Source: Promethearchaeota archaeon (GTDB lineage Archaea; Asgardarchaeota; Lokiarchaeia; Sigyniarchaeales; SOKP01). Taken from it: a DNA stretch of 64,000 bases. The notes below the pieces were generated by a model. That model made no database searches and was not told the origin of the DNA. It saw only the letters and a list, made by a program, of their open reading frames with translations. The stretch is from assembly GCA_048940805.1 (NCBI GenBank), contig JBHLOF010000007.1, positions 287-64,286 of the forward strand. Reading direction: 5' to 3'. This document shows, piece by piece, positions 50,986 through 61,574 of this stretch. The position numbers and the translations under genes are program-made. How positions within the stretch are numbered: the first letter of the stretch is position 1; each line of letters starts with the position of its first letter.

Positions 50986-52008
50986 ATGGAAAAAAGTTCC
51001 CAAGGATTAGTAAATTTCGCAAATAGAAGCTTTAGTGACATCCTTTCTGAAGGCTTTAGATTGTTCATTAATAATTATAAAACATTGATTTTACCCCTCG
51101 CTTTTTTTCAAGTTATATTAATTGTTTTAGATACATTGTTATTAACCGATCTTAAAGTATATATAGATTCTATTGGAATTAATGTGGTGAGTTTAATGGA
51201 GAATTTATTACAAGATGTAGCTCTTACTCCAAGCGAATGGAATTTAATCTCTCTTTTTCTACTTTTAAGTCTGGTCTTACTTTTCTTACAAAACTTAATT
51301 GGAGCAATAGTTATTACGGTTGCTATGTGCTCAGTTAGTAATTATGTTTTTAGAAAACTTATGCATGAAAATCCATCTTTTTCCTCATCCTTCAGATCCG
51401 CTTTCAACAAAAAAATACTTATTGTAATATTTATCATAGGAATATGCTTACCATTCAGTTCTCTTTTGTTATATATTCCAGCAATTTTCGTCTTCACAAT
51501 GTTTATCTTTTTAATTTTTACTTATAATATGGAAGAGATTGATAAACCGATATCTGAAGCTAGAAGAATTGCGAAAGGAGCTAGTAATAAACTGAAGATA
51601 CTTGGCGTTTTTGTTTTTAATTTCGTTATTATTTTCATCTTTAGTTTTATCCTTAATTCAATTATCGATTTATTGTTAAATCCCAGTATTGTTGCCTTTA
51701 ATTATGATATTTGGTTAACTACAAGGAACTATGGGTCCCTTATACTCTATCAAATTTTAATTAATCTAGCGAATATTCTATTAGCGCCTTTGTTTATATG
51801 CTTAATAACTGCTCTATTCGCTTCACTTAAAGCTAAAAGAGAATTAGGTTTTCATTACCCAAGAAAAGCTTATCCTGTAAAAGAAGAGAATGCCTTAACT
51901 CTGGGTATTGAGGGTAGATTCTACTGTCCATATTGCGGGATATTAATAGATCGTTTAGAGAGATTCTGTCCTCGATGTGGGGAAGATCTTTCAGTGCTAA
52001 TTAAATAA
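50986..52008 (+). CDS. Membrane protein with C-terminal zinc ribbon
   Basis: TM segments, then CPYCG..FCPRCG. Confidence 0.7.
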   Translation: MEKSSQGLVNFANRSFSDILSEGFRLFINNYKTLILPLAFFQVILIVLDTLLLTDLKVYIDSIGINVVSLMENLLQDVALTPSEWNLISLFLLLSLVLLFLQNLIGAIVITVAMCSVSNYVFRKLMHENPSFSSSFRSAFNKKILIVIFIIGICLPFSSLLLYIPAIFVFTMFIFLIFTYNMEEIDKPISEARRIAKGASNKLKILGVFVFNFVIIFIFSFILNSIIDLLLNPSIVAFNYDIWLTTRNYGSLILYQILINLANILLAPLFICLITALFASLKAKRELGFHYPRKAYPVKEENALTLGIEGRFYCPYCGILIDRLERFCPRCGEDLSVLIK

Positions 52009-52033
52009 ATATATCTGAATTACTTCTAATAAA

Positions 52034-52834
52034 GTGAGGAAAATGCATGTACATATTGAAAAGAATTTTGAAATAGAAAAGGAAAGCATCAAAAACCCAG
52101 TTGTGTTAATTGGATGGCCAGGAATAGCACATGTAGCGAAACTTGCAATCACATCCATTATTGAGTCATTGGATGCAAAGGAATTTTTAAAAATTCAGTA
52201 TTTTGATCTATCACCAAAGGCAATCGTAGAGAAAGGTACACTTGAAATTCCAACCGCTATTGTATTCTATAAAAAAAAGGAAAAAGTAGAGGGTAATGAC
52301 TTCTTTATTTTAACCGCTTCTTCCCAACCTCAAACTCCTGAGGGGATTTTTGAGTTCTCAAAAATTTTCTGCGAAGAAATGGACAAAATTACGGGAGGAA
52401 ATATAGAAATGTATGTGAGTACAGGTGCGATGATTTCTGATAGAATTCATGACGATCCTTTAGTGTATGTGAGTGGAACAGACCAAGATCTTGTTCAATC
52501 ATTCCTGACATTTGATAACACTACATTGCATGAGAGTGGATATATATCTGGAGCGAATGGGATAATTCCGGCATATGCTGGTTCCAATAATTATGCTCCT
52601 GGGATATGTTTATTAGCTGAAACAGTACCATTACCAATGATGACTTTGGATCCTCGGTCTTCAAAAGCATTAGTTTCTCTCCTAATAGATTATTTCTCAC
52701 TTGAAATGGATTTCAGCAAGTTGAATGAAAAAATAGAAGAAATGGAACAAGTTTTTGAATCCTTCAAAAAACAAGCAGATCAGTTTTTAAGCCCACCTCA
52801 AGATGACAAGGGAACTGATTCTTATTTTCGTTAG
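52034..52834 (+). CDS. PAC2-family proteasome assembly chaperone
   Basis: GWPGIAHVAKLA, QP, ISGANG, CLLAET, DPRSS; C-terminal YFR. Confidence 0.85.
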   Translation: MRKMHVHIEKNFEIEKESIKNPVVLIGWPGIAHVAKLAITSIIESLDAKEFLKIQYFDLSPKAIVEKGTLEIPTAIVFYKKKEKVEGNDFFILTASSQPQTPEGIFEFSKIFCEEMDKITGGNIEMYVSTGAMISDRIHDDPLVYVSGTDQDLVQSFLTFDNTTLHESGYISGANGIIPAYAGSNNYAPGICLLAETVPLPMMTLDPRSSKALVSLLIDYFSLEMDFSKLNEKIEEMEQVFESFKKQADQFLSPPQDDKGTDSYFR

Positions 52835-52985
52835 GCTTCTTTATCTTGAATTAAATCCTCATATTCTTCTTTTATCTTAATTAGAATTATCTTACTTTTC
52901 GAATAGCTATATGTTAAATCGAAGCATTTTCAATTTTATTAAAAGATTTAAAACTCATTAAGAATAACTAGTAATAATTATAAAA

Positions 52986-55025
52986 TTGAATGTGAAAAAA
53001 ATGAAACTCATAAAATTATTTGAACCTTTAAAAATTCAGAATTTGGAAATAAGGAATCGTATTGTTATGCCATCTCTGGGTTTGGGATATACTCCCAAAG
53101 GAGAAGTAAATGATGTTTTTACTAATTTTTACGAAAGACGAGCGGAGGGTGGAGCAGGACTAATAATAATTGGAGGGTTAGGAATTAATCCCAATAGTGG
53201 AGGTACACCATATATCGGAGATGATAAATTCATCCCTGGATATACCGCATTTGCCGAAAAAATGCATAATCATGGCGCAAAGGTCATGGGACAATTGATG
53301 CATCAAGGTGCATACTATCCCAGCCCAAACTCGGTAGCCCCTTCTGCTGTGAGATCAAACCTTACCCGATTGGTACCTAAAGAATTAACCATTGAACAAA
53401 TAAAGCAAATACAAGAAGATCATGCCTTAGCTGCAGAACGCCTATTAGAAGCTGGTTTTGATGGAGTTGAATTGCTCGGAAGCGCAGGATATCTTATTAC
53501 TCAGTTTTTGAGCCCATTAATTAATAAAAGAACTGATGAATATGGTGGATCTTTAGAAAATCGTCTAAGATATCCAATTGAGTTGATAGAATTAATAAAA
53601 AAGAGAGTTGGGGGTAAAATGATTGTGGGTATGCGTATTGCTGGCGATGATTTCGTTCCGGGTTCTAATAATTGGACCCAAAGTCCAATTTTTGCAAAAA
53701 AATACGCTGAAGCGGGTATAGAATTTTTAAACGTTACGGGGGGATGGCATGAAACTAGAATTCCACAAATCCCCATGATGGTACCGCAAGCAGCATATGT
53801 ATATTTGGGTGAGAATATTAAAAAGGAAGTAAATGTCCCTGTTTTCATGGCAAATCGAATAAATGATCCAATAATAGCAGAAAAAATATTAAGGGATGGG
53901 AGAGTGGATGCTATAAGTATGGGAAGAGCCCTTATCGCTGACCCAGAATTACCCAAGAAGGCAAAAGAAAATCGATTTTGGGATATTATGAAATGTGTAG
54001 CGTGCAACCAGGGTTGTTTTGACACAATCTTTAGTGGTAGGTCAGTTGTATGTATGAGAAATTATATAACTGCGAAGGAAGGAGAAATCGACCTAACCAA
54101 GCAAACAGATAATCCCCAAAAGGTATTAGTCGTTGGAAGTGGTCCCGGTGGACTTGAAGCAGCTCGAGTCGCTGCAGTATTGGGGCATGATGTGACGATA
54201 GTCGAAAAAGGTGAATCCATTGGTGGACAAATGAAAGTAGCTGCTGTTCCCCACAGTAGAAGAAATATTTCGGAGATGATACGTTATTATGAAGCACAAA
54301 TACGTCACCGCCACATAAAATTAAGGTTAGCGACTGAAGTTACTCCAGAATTTATCAAGGATTTTAATCCGGACGCAGTTATATTTGCGACTGGAGTTAA
54401 GTTCTCTATCCCTGATATTCCTGGGATTGATGGTTCAAGGAGGAGTGATATTTGTTTTGCAGATGAAGCTTTAGCAGGAGATCATGTTGTGGGTAAAAAT
54501 ATCGTGGTTGTCGGTGGGGGAGGAACTGGTTTAGAAACGGCAATTTGGGCTGCCGAATTAGGAGCCATTAATTCTGATATCGCACACTTCCTTAGTTTTT
54601 ATGAATTAATACCTCAAGAAGAAATAATGAAAAGATGGTTAAAAGGAAATCGGAATGTTACTATAATAGATGTGTTGCCGAGACTCGCCACTAACGTTGG
54701 ACGAACTACAAGGGGTTATTTGATTGGGATTTCAAAGAAATTGCAGATAAATGAAATATTGAATGCAGAAATCACCAAGTTCGAGGGTAAATCGATGGAA
54801 TATAAGATTAAAGACACTGAAAAGGGAGAAGAAACGCATACAATGGATGATGTCGATACATTTATTTTAGCAACTGGAGTGGAGAGTAATACAGATCTAT
54901 ATGAAAAAGTAGAAGCGATGAATCCCTCATTTAAAATGTTTAACATTGGGGATAGTAAAGAACCGCGAACGATGATGGAAGCAATACATGAAGGATTTGA
55001 AGTTGCTTATAATCTTGATAAATAA
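52986..55025 (+). CDS. fadH: 2,4-dienoyl-CoA reductase-like NADH:flavin oxidoreductase
   Basis: OYE barrel (GYLITQFLSP..NKRTDEYGG), CVACNQGC cluster, GSGPGG, GGGGTG. Confidence 0.85.
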   Translation: MNVKKMKLIKLFEPLKIQNLEIRNRIVMPSLGLGYTPKGEVNDVFTNFYERRAEGGAGLIIIGGLGINPNSGGTPYIGDDKFIPGYTAFAEKMHNHGAKVMGQLMHQGAYYPSPNSVAPSAVRSNLTRLVPKELTIEQIKQIQEDHALAAERLLEAGFDGVELLGSAGYLITQFLSPLINKRTDEYGGSLENRLRYPIELIELIKKRVGGKMIVGMRIAGDDFVPGSNNWTQSPIFAKKYAEAGIEFLNVTGGWHETRIPQIPMMVPQAAYVYLGENIKKEVNVPVFMANRINDPIIAEKILRDGRVDAISMGRALIADPELPKKAKENRFWDIMKCVACNQGCFDTIFSGRSVVCMRNYITAKEGEIDLTKQTDNPQKVLVVGSGPGGLEAARVAAVLGHDVTIVEKGESIGGQMKVAAVPHSRRNISEMIRYYEAQIRHRHIKLRLATEVTPEFIKDFNPDAVIFATGVKFSIPDIPGIDGSRRSDICFADEALAGDHVVGKNIVVVGGGGTGLETAIWAAELGAINSDIAHFLSFYELIPQEEIMKRWLKGNRNVTIIDVLPRLATNVGRTTRGYLIGISKKLQINEILNAEITKFEGKSMEYKIKDTEKGEETHTMDDVDTFILATGVESNTDLYEKVEAMNPSFKMFNIGDSKEPRTMMEAIHEGFEVAYNLDK

Positions 55026-55124
55026 AGTTAAATAGATTAAAATAATCATAATTTCTTTATTTTTCTAAAAATCATAAAGTTAACAATTCTCATCAAGTAA
55101 GTGACATTGGATAATTGATTTAAA

Positions 55125-56096
55125 GTGCAAGATACAAGTATTATTAATTACACTAAAAAGATTGAAGAGAATTTAAAGGATATTAATGAACAATCACGTA
55201 ATTACATAAAGGATGTATTAATTCTTATCAATAAAGAAATTGGGATAAATAAGATATTATCAATTCTATTATTTGGAAGTCAAAGAGCACATAGTAAAGC
55301 TACAGCTGTTTCTGATTGTGATCTACTAATAATTTTTAAAAATAGAGTTTCAAATCATCATATAAGAGAAATGGAGAAATATTTCATTGCATTAGAGATC
55401 AAACATAAGTTCAGAGATTTTAATAAGAAGTTACCCAAAAAAGTTCTAGGGGTTATTCAGCAAACCACAGGCATTTTTGTAAGTCATTTTTTAACTAAAA
55501 GAAAATACTGGGAGGAAAGGCATTTTCATAAAATCTTTCGGGTAAATAAAGTCTTTTCAGCAGTTTTTGCCCCTCGAAACATTGTATTAGGAAATGTTAT
55601 TTGCAATAGCACAAATCTATACGGAAAGGATCTAAGAAATAAGCTGAAATCTAAAATTCAGATATCATTTATTGAGATATTAAAAAGTACAATCATGAAT
55701 TTGATGATTTCATTTTTCTCGATTATAATATCTTTATTTAGAAAACTTGAACCAACAAAATATCAGTTAGAAGCAGTAAAATGGGCATTAAAGGCTTCAA
55801 ATTTTTATTGTTATAGAGATGCTGAAGATCTTGAAATAATTATTAACCGTTTCATTGCTTTTGAAAAACCAAGATCTCAAATAAGGGCAAGAAAATTTTT
55901 CGCAAGATTCATGAATTACAGAAACGCACCTATTGGTGATATGAATTTCATGTTACGATGTCCTATGCGAATCATTAAAATTCATCTACAAGCAATTACT
56001 TATCAAAAATTTATAAATCGAAAATTGAGCTCTCAAATTCCCTCTATACCCTTAGAAGCAATAATACCTGACCGAACTTTTCCTTTGAGAATTTAG
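55125..56096 (+). CDS. Pol-beta superfamily nucleotidyltransferase domain protein
   Basis: LLFGS..SDCDLLII. Confidence 0.7.
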   Translation: MQDTSIINYTKKIEENLKDINEQSRNYIKDVLILINKEIGINKILSILLFGSQRAHSKATAVSDCDLLIIFKNRVSNHHIREMEKYFIALEIKHKFRDFNKKLPKKVLGVIQQTTGIFVSHFLTKRKYWEERHFHKIFRVNKVFSAVFAPRNIVLGNVICNSTNLYGKDLRNKLKSKIQISFIEILKSTIMNLMISFFSIIISLFRKLEPTKYQLEAVKWALKASNFYCYRDAEDLEIIINRFIAFEKPRSQIRARKFFARFMNYRNAPIGDMNFMLRCPMRIIKIHLQAITYQKFINRKLSSQIPSIPLEAIIPDRTFPLRI

Positions 56097-56286
56097 TGAA
56101 TACAATTCAATTATTATTAAAAAGATTATCTAAATGTTTTTAAAAGCATGATACCTTGTTTTATTCATAAAATATAAATATTTTAGAATTTAATTAGAAT
56201 TGTAATAATTAAATGATTTTTTAATAGCCGAGGAGATTTTCGGCAACATTATAGAAATTAAGGAGATTGACCGAAACGGTGATATA

Positions 56287-56838
56287 ATGACCGAGCAGAT
56301 TGATATACGTGAACTCTTCTTTGATATATTAGATATTGTTAAGTTTGAACTTCGGTTTTACACCGATAAAAATTCACCTATGTTTGAGCGAATTGTAAAG
56401 ACTCGAGTGTTTCAAACTAAGCTGCAAAAATTAAAAGATTTCATTATGCATTATTTTGATATTCTGTATCGAGACGAAGAGAGCCCTATCAATCAAGCAG
56501 CACTACGCTTACAACTTGATAATATCGCTAGATTAACAAATTACTATGATGATTTATCTGATTTTTATACAGATCATACAAAACTTATGATCACCAAAGA
56601 AAAGCTTCAAAGTTTAATAGATTATTCGCATATAGAAGTTTTGTTTTTAATTTTTACTAATATCCTTGATTGGGAACACTATAAAAGTAGCTTATTATTT
56701 CCAACCGATAAATCAAAAGAAAAGTTATTGAAAGAATTTCTTGAAAAGCTTGCAAGCTCAGATATCCGTGAAATTGAGGATTTAATCGATTTAGAGCAAT
56801 CAATAGATAAATTCGTTGAAAGTATTGAATTTACTTAA
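56287..56838 (+). CDS. Hypothetical helical protein
   Basis: 183-aa ORF with SD-like GGTGA upstream. Confidence 0.6.
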   Translation: MTEQIDIRELFFDILDIVKFELRFYTDKNSPMFERIVKTRVFQTKLQKLKDFIMHYFDILYRDEESPINQAALRLQLDNIARLTNYYDDLSDFYTDHTKLMITKEKLQSLIDYSHIEVLFLIFTNILDWEHYKSSLLFPTDKSKEKLLKEFLEKLASSDIREIEDLIDLEQSIDKFVESIEFT

Positions 56839-56882
56839 AAAAAAAAACATTCTATAATTCTTATTCTCGTTCAATTTGAATT

Positions 56883-57374
56883 ATGTCTATTTCTATAAAA
56901 TTATATGGGGATTTAATAAACAAAGTACCTCACAAGAAAACTAACCCTGGAATCCCAAATACTCTAACCCTCGAAATTAATAACTTAACAACGGTATTAG
57001 AAATTCTTGAAGATTTAAACATAAAGGATGAGGAAATAAGTCACGTTTTCGTTAATGGCATCTATAGCGGTGTAGGGAAAATCGTTAAGGAGGGAGATCG
57101 TATCGGAATTTTCCCCAAACGAATGGGAATAATGTTTTTAGAGATTACTCAAATAAAGTCCATTTACGTGAAGGTTGTACTTCATGAAGAATTAAGAGAA
57201 TTTGGTCCAGCTGAAGCAATATTCGATTTACCAGAGGGTAGTAACATTAAGACAGTCTTGAAAAGATATAGAATTTTACAGGATAACTTAGAAATCGTAA
57301 TAAATGGCAAACCAACCCATGATTTGAATTATATTTTAAGAGATTGGGATAATATGGCAATTTTTCCCGTATAA
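56883..57374 (+). CDS. Tandem MoaD/ThiS-like beta-grasp protein without C-terminal GG
   Basis: VFVNG..KEGDRIGIFP and IVING..LRDWDNMAIFPV. Confidence 0.75.
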   Translation: MSISIKLYGDLINKVPHKKTNPGIPNTLTLEINNLTTVLEILEDLNIKDEEISHVFVNGIYSGVGKIVKEGDRIGIFPKRMGIMFLEITQIKSIYVKVVLHEELREFGPAEAIFDLPEGSNIKTVLKRYRILQDNLEIVINGKPTHDLNYILRDWDNMAIFPV

Positions 57375-57531
57375 AGGATTTTCAGTTTATTATGAAAAAA
57401 AGGTTAAATACCTTTTATCTCGGGAGAAAAGCGACAAAAGATACTTTTAAATTTACGAATCCTTATGTTACAGCTTAACATCTTAAGATAGATTAGATTT
57501 GGGAAGATAATTTATAAATTATTTCATAGAA

Positions 57532-57798
57532 ATGGAAGATTGTTTCGATAAAATTTTAGAAGCAAACAGCAAAAGCGAGGTAGCGAAATATAAGGTTATC
57601 ATAAAGTTGATGAAAGACCTCGAAGATGGATTAATAAACGCTTTAGGAATCAGAAATTGTTTACTATTTCTATTAAATTTGAGTTTTCATAAAGGGTACG
57701 CTGATCATTTAGATAAATTAGGAAAGCGCCCCCAAGATCTTACTGATGTTGAAAAGTATAAGATGCATGAATTGTTAAAGTTGGAGTGCAACAACTAA
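57532..57798 (+). CDS. Small hypothetical protein
   Basis: 88-aa ORF filling the intergenic space. Confidence 0.45.
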   Translation: MEDCFDKILEANSKSEVAKYKVIIKLMKDLEDGLINALGIRNCLLFLLNLSFHKGYADHLDKLGKRPQDLTDVEKYKMHELLKLECNN

Positions 57799-57803
57799 AC
57801 TCT

Positions 57804-60086
57804 TTAAAATACCTTTTGATCTACTTCTTTCCAGTCATCATATTCTTTAAATATGTTGTCAATTGTGTCTAATGTTTCAATAAGAGCATATTTTGTAAGT
57901 GGGTCTTGTTTGAATGTATCCAAAATTATATCATATAAATCTATATCGTATTCCTTAGTTAGATCGGATATTTTCCGCAGATCTTCGAATTCTATTCCCT
58001 TTTCATTTAATTGATCAAATGTAGACTCAATTTCTTCCTTTAATTTTAAGGTGGCATTTAATGATTTAGTACATTTATTAAATAACTCTTGCTCTTTATC
58101 GCGTATAATTGAATCATCTTCGGTTAATTCTGGTTTTTCTTCAACAATTTCCAATCTTTCGCTTAATAGATACTTTACTCGCTCATAAATCTTAATTGCC
58201 TCGGATATTTTCCTCAACCCATTGATGAGGTGCTTATTTCGGTTTAATCTAGCCTCGATAATTTTCAAATTCGCATCTTCATAATAGGTCTGGATTTCTC
58301 CAAATGTACTTTTCTCCCATTCACTGATAGTTCTATAATTTTCGTTTAATTCTTCTGTTAGTGAATCTATTTCATCTGAAGTTAGATTAGGATCTTCAAG
58401 TTTTTTGTGAATAATATTTGTCTCATGTTTTATTAGTAAAACCCTTAAATACATGATATGCGCCTTTTTTTCGATATTAGTAATACTTCTTGATTCACCT
58501 TCATGTTCACAGTATTTAAAAATAATCAACGCATCTTCAAGTAATTTGTTAAATTTGTCTAAATTTGTTCGAATATAATATTTTGAATCCTGAACTTTTT
58601 GAATGGCTCTATCCATCTGTATTTCTAATTCAAATATGTGATCAATTAAACTTACTTGCTTTCTCTCGGAAAGAATTCGCGATTTGCGAGTCATATCATT
58701 TTCTACATTTCTACTGGCTAAAAACCATAAAATCGCAGCGGGGAGCCAAAAAAAGATTGTTAAAAATATCATATTAAAAATACTACCGAGAATAGAAATG
58801 AGAGTGAAAGAAATCAAAAGGGTTATCCCTTTACTAATCTGCTCAGATAATTTAAAGAAAGAAGCTGCAGAACCCTTATGTTCAGGCATATTAACGTCTA
58901 TCATGACTGCATTTTTGTTAGCAACCGGTCCAGCTCCTAACATTGAAGCCATTAAAGCAAATATAAAGAAAATTATATACGAAGGATAAGTTATAAAAAT
59001 TGCGCCAATAGTGTGAAGGATATAAGACCACATCTGATCTGTGGGAATCGGTTCAGTAAAAAGGGGATAGTTAATACCTAGAAGGTTTGCATTAATTGGT
59101 CGTAAGGAAATTAGTAAAATAATAGCAAAAGGAATAGAAAAAACAAGACAAATCGTAGCTAACCTAGCTCTATTTTTCTTATTTCTCCGGAATAGAATAT
59201 CTCCTAAACGAGCAAATACCGCATTTCCTAAAATATAACCAATTCCAATCATTCCTGCAAAAATAGTAGCGGTTTGAAGTCGAATATCTGGATGTATGTT
59301 ATTAAAAAAATCAGTTATTAACATTGAAGTTGTGAAATACACAAGAACTGTTCCTGGTATAACAGAAAAAAAGCCTTGAATTATCAAATAAAGATTAGTT
59401 TTCTTTCTAAGGATAACTCCTAAATCCTCTTTTGAAATGCGATAACTATATTCTAAATTCATCTCTATTAGATCCAAAAGCTCATGCTCTCCCGCACCTC
59501 TTTGTGGAATTTTAACAAAATAGAGTATTATCATGACAACTACACTTATTATGGCAAGTAAAAGAAATGGAAACCTCCAAGAAAAAATGGGTCCTAAAAA
59601 AGCAGATAATCCTTGTCCAGCACCGTTAGAAATCGAACTCAAAATCGCAAGAGTACCAAACCACCCCGATCTTTCTTCAGCGGGAATCGCATCAGAAATA
59701 ATGGAATATCCAACAGGTAAAACACAACCTAACCCTGCTCCGCTTGAGATTCTTGAAATAACTAATACCCAATAATTACCAGAAAATGCCGTGATAATCA
59801 TACCAATTGTCCATGAAAATGCTCCAGCCATTAGAACTTTACCTCTATCAATCTTATCGGCCCAATACCCCCATAGTAAAGCAAAAAAAGCACTTATTAA
59901 TACAAAAAAAGCATCTGGAATTGCGATTAATGCTTGAGGAATACTAAACTCGATTCTAATCGTGTTATAACTGGGAATAAGCATATTTGCACATGCTGTT
60001 GAGACAAACAGCAACAACATAACTAGAATAATTGGTGCGAGATCTTTGAATTTGACAGTTGTTAATTTAAATCGTCCGATAGGCAA
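57804..60086 (-). CDS. MFS transporter (spinster-like) with long C-terminal helical domain
   Basis: GYWADKIDR motif A, SIISDAIPAEERS, SWRFPF; about 300-aa charged tail. Confidence 0.8.
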   Translation of the reverse strand: MPIGRFKLTTVKFKDLAPIILVMLLLFVSTACANMLIPSYNTIRIEFSIPQALIAIPDAFFVLISAFFALLWGYWADKIDRGKVLMAGAFSWTIGMIITAFSGNYWVLVISRISSGAGLGCVLPVGYSIISDAIPAEERSGWFGTLAILSSISNGAGQGLSAFLGPIFSWRFPFLLLAIISVVVMIILYFVKIPQRGAGEHELLDLIEMNLEYSYRISKEDLGVILRKKTNLYLIIQGFFSVIPGTVLVYFTTSMLITDFFNNIHPDIRLQTATIFAGMIGIGYILGNAVFARLGDILFRRNKKNRARLATICLVFSIPFAIILLISLRPINANLLGINYPLFTEPIPTDQMWSYILHTIGAIFITYPSYIIFFIFALMASMLGAGPVANKNAVMIDVNMPEHKGSAASFFKLSEQISKGITLLISFTLISILGSIFNMIFLTIFFWLPAAILWFLASRNVENDMTRKSRILSERKQVSLIDHIFELEIQMDRAIQKVQDSKYYIRTNLDKFNKLLEDALIIFKYCEHEGESRSITNIEKKAHIMYLRVLLIKHETNIIHKKLEDPNLTSDEIDSLTEELNENYRTISEWEKSTFGEIQTYYEDANLKIIEARLNRNKHLINGLRKISEAIKIYERVKYLLSERLEIVEEKPELTEDDSIIRDKEQELFNKCTKSLNATLKLKEEIESTFDQLNEKGIEFEDLRKISDLTKEYDIDLYDIILDTFKQDPLTKYALIETLDTIDNIFKEYDDWKEVDQKVF

Positions 60087-60145
60087 TTACCACGTAGGAT
60101 TAATTATATTAGATAAACTTTGAAAGTTAAAAAACTTATGAATAT

Positions 60146-60832
60146 CTATTTTAGGGATAGGTAATAATCAATTATGGCTTCTACATGAAGCTCTACAGTA
60201 TCAAGAAGCGTGATTTTTGTATCTTTTTGATTTAGAATTAAAGGTAGTTCGGTACACCCTAGGATTACTCCATCTATTTCATAAGAATTGATAATTTCAA
60301 TAAGTCTCTCTTTGGATTCTTGTTTATTAATACCAATTACCAATTCACTAAAAATTATCTTATCTATTTCATCTTGTTCCTGAACGGAGGGAGTTATTAT
60401 TTTTATACCTAAACTTTTAGCATAATCTTGATAAAATGTTGATTGCATAGTAAATTTGATTCCCAGTAATAGTAATGTTTTCAAATTTTGATATTTTGCT
60501 TTCTTTATCGTGACTTTTACAATACTCAAAATTGGAATTTCTGTCAATCTTACCAAATCATAGTAAACTGCATGTGGGGAGTTGGCTGCCATAGAAATAA
60601 AAGTAACTCCCGCACTTTCTAATGATTTGATACCACTCATCAGATAATCAATATATAATTCCTTTTTATCTCCCCGCTCATAGTCTATTACTTTCTGGAA
60701 GTTCAAACTAAAAATTATAATCTCAGGATAATTGTAGTCATTAATCTTCTCATAATAATTCTGAAGAATTAATTCATAGTATTTGAGGGTTGATTCATAA
60801 GACATTCCCCCTAATATTCCTATTCTGTTCAT
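60146..60832 (-). CDS. Aspartate/glutamate racemase family protein
   Basis: IGILGGMSYEST, ANSPH, LGCTELP. Confidence 0.88.
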   Translation of the reverse strand: MNRIGILGGMSYESTLKYYELILQNYYEKINDYNYPEIIIFSLNFQKVIDYERGDKKELYIDYLMSGIKSLESAGVTFISMAANSPHAVYYDLVRLTEIPILSIVKVTIKKAKYQNLKTLLLLGIKFTMQSTFYQDYAKSLGIKIITPSVQEQDEIDKIIFSELVIGINKQESKERLIEIINSYEIDGVILGCTELPLILNQKDTKITLLDTVELHVEAIIDYYLSLK

Positions 60833-60878
60833 GCTAACCTTGCCTCCATTTCCGGTTCCTTTTTAGGTTTTTTCAAAT

Positions 60879-61427
60879 CTAATAATAAATTTTTTCAGTA
60901 TTAGCTTTTCCATTCGCGGAAATCTTCACTCCTTCCATTTCTAATAACATTTTCTTCATTTTAAGACCCCCTTGATAACCTCCAACCTCGCCGTTTGATT
61001 TGATCGCCCTATGACATGGAATAACTATTGGGAATGGATTTTTTGCTAAGGAATTTCCAACTACTCTGGCTCCGTTGGGTTTACCTATATAAGCAGCAAT
61101 TCGTTTATAAGTACTAACCCAGCCTCTCGGAATTCCGTACTCCGCTTTTAAAACTTTTTTTTGAGTTTCAGAACAAATATTAAAATCAAGCAATTTTAAA
61201 TCAAATTCTATATCTTCGCCAATCAAAAATCGTTGGATCTTATCAGCAAGAGATTCTATTAGTGAAGAGTACCCCGAATTAATTGTTACAAAAGACTCCT
61301 TGGCTTTCTTTTCTGATATATGTGTTGGATCACTGAGAAAGATACGTTGTAGTTGAATATCAGGTTCCTTCCCTTTCCATATTATAGTAATTTTACCAAA
61401 GGAAGTTGAAAAAGTAAGATATTCCAT
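60879..61427 (-). CDS. ogt: Methylated-DNA-protein-cysteine methyltransferase
   Basis: STY..IA, ARVVG, IPCHRA, GGY. Confidence 0.92.
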   Translation of the reverse strand: MEYLTFSTSFGKITIIWKGKEPDIQLQRIFLSDPTHISEKKAKESFVTINSGYSSLIESLADKIQRFLIGEDIEFDLKLLDFNICSETQKKVLKAEYGIPRGWVSTYKRIAAYIGKPNGARVVGNSLAKNPFPIVIPCHRAIKSNGEVGGYQGGLKMKKMLLEMEGVKISANGKANTEKIYY

Positions 61428-61574
61428 GTTTTATATCCATTATTGTTAAAATTTAAAATTTTTTAAGAATAACCGTAATCTAGACTTTATAATATCAATC
61501 TTTAATTTGGTTCTTTAACTATTTTTCAATTAAATTTAAAATACTCATGATTCTAAAAAAGAGGATTATATACA

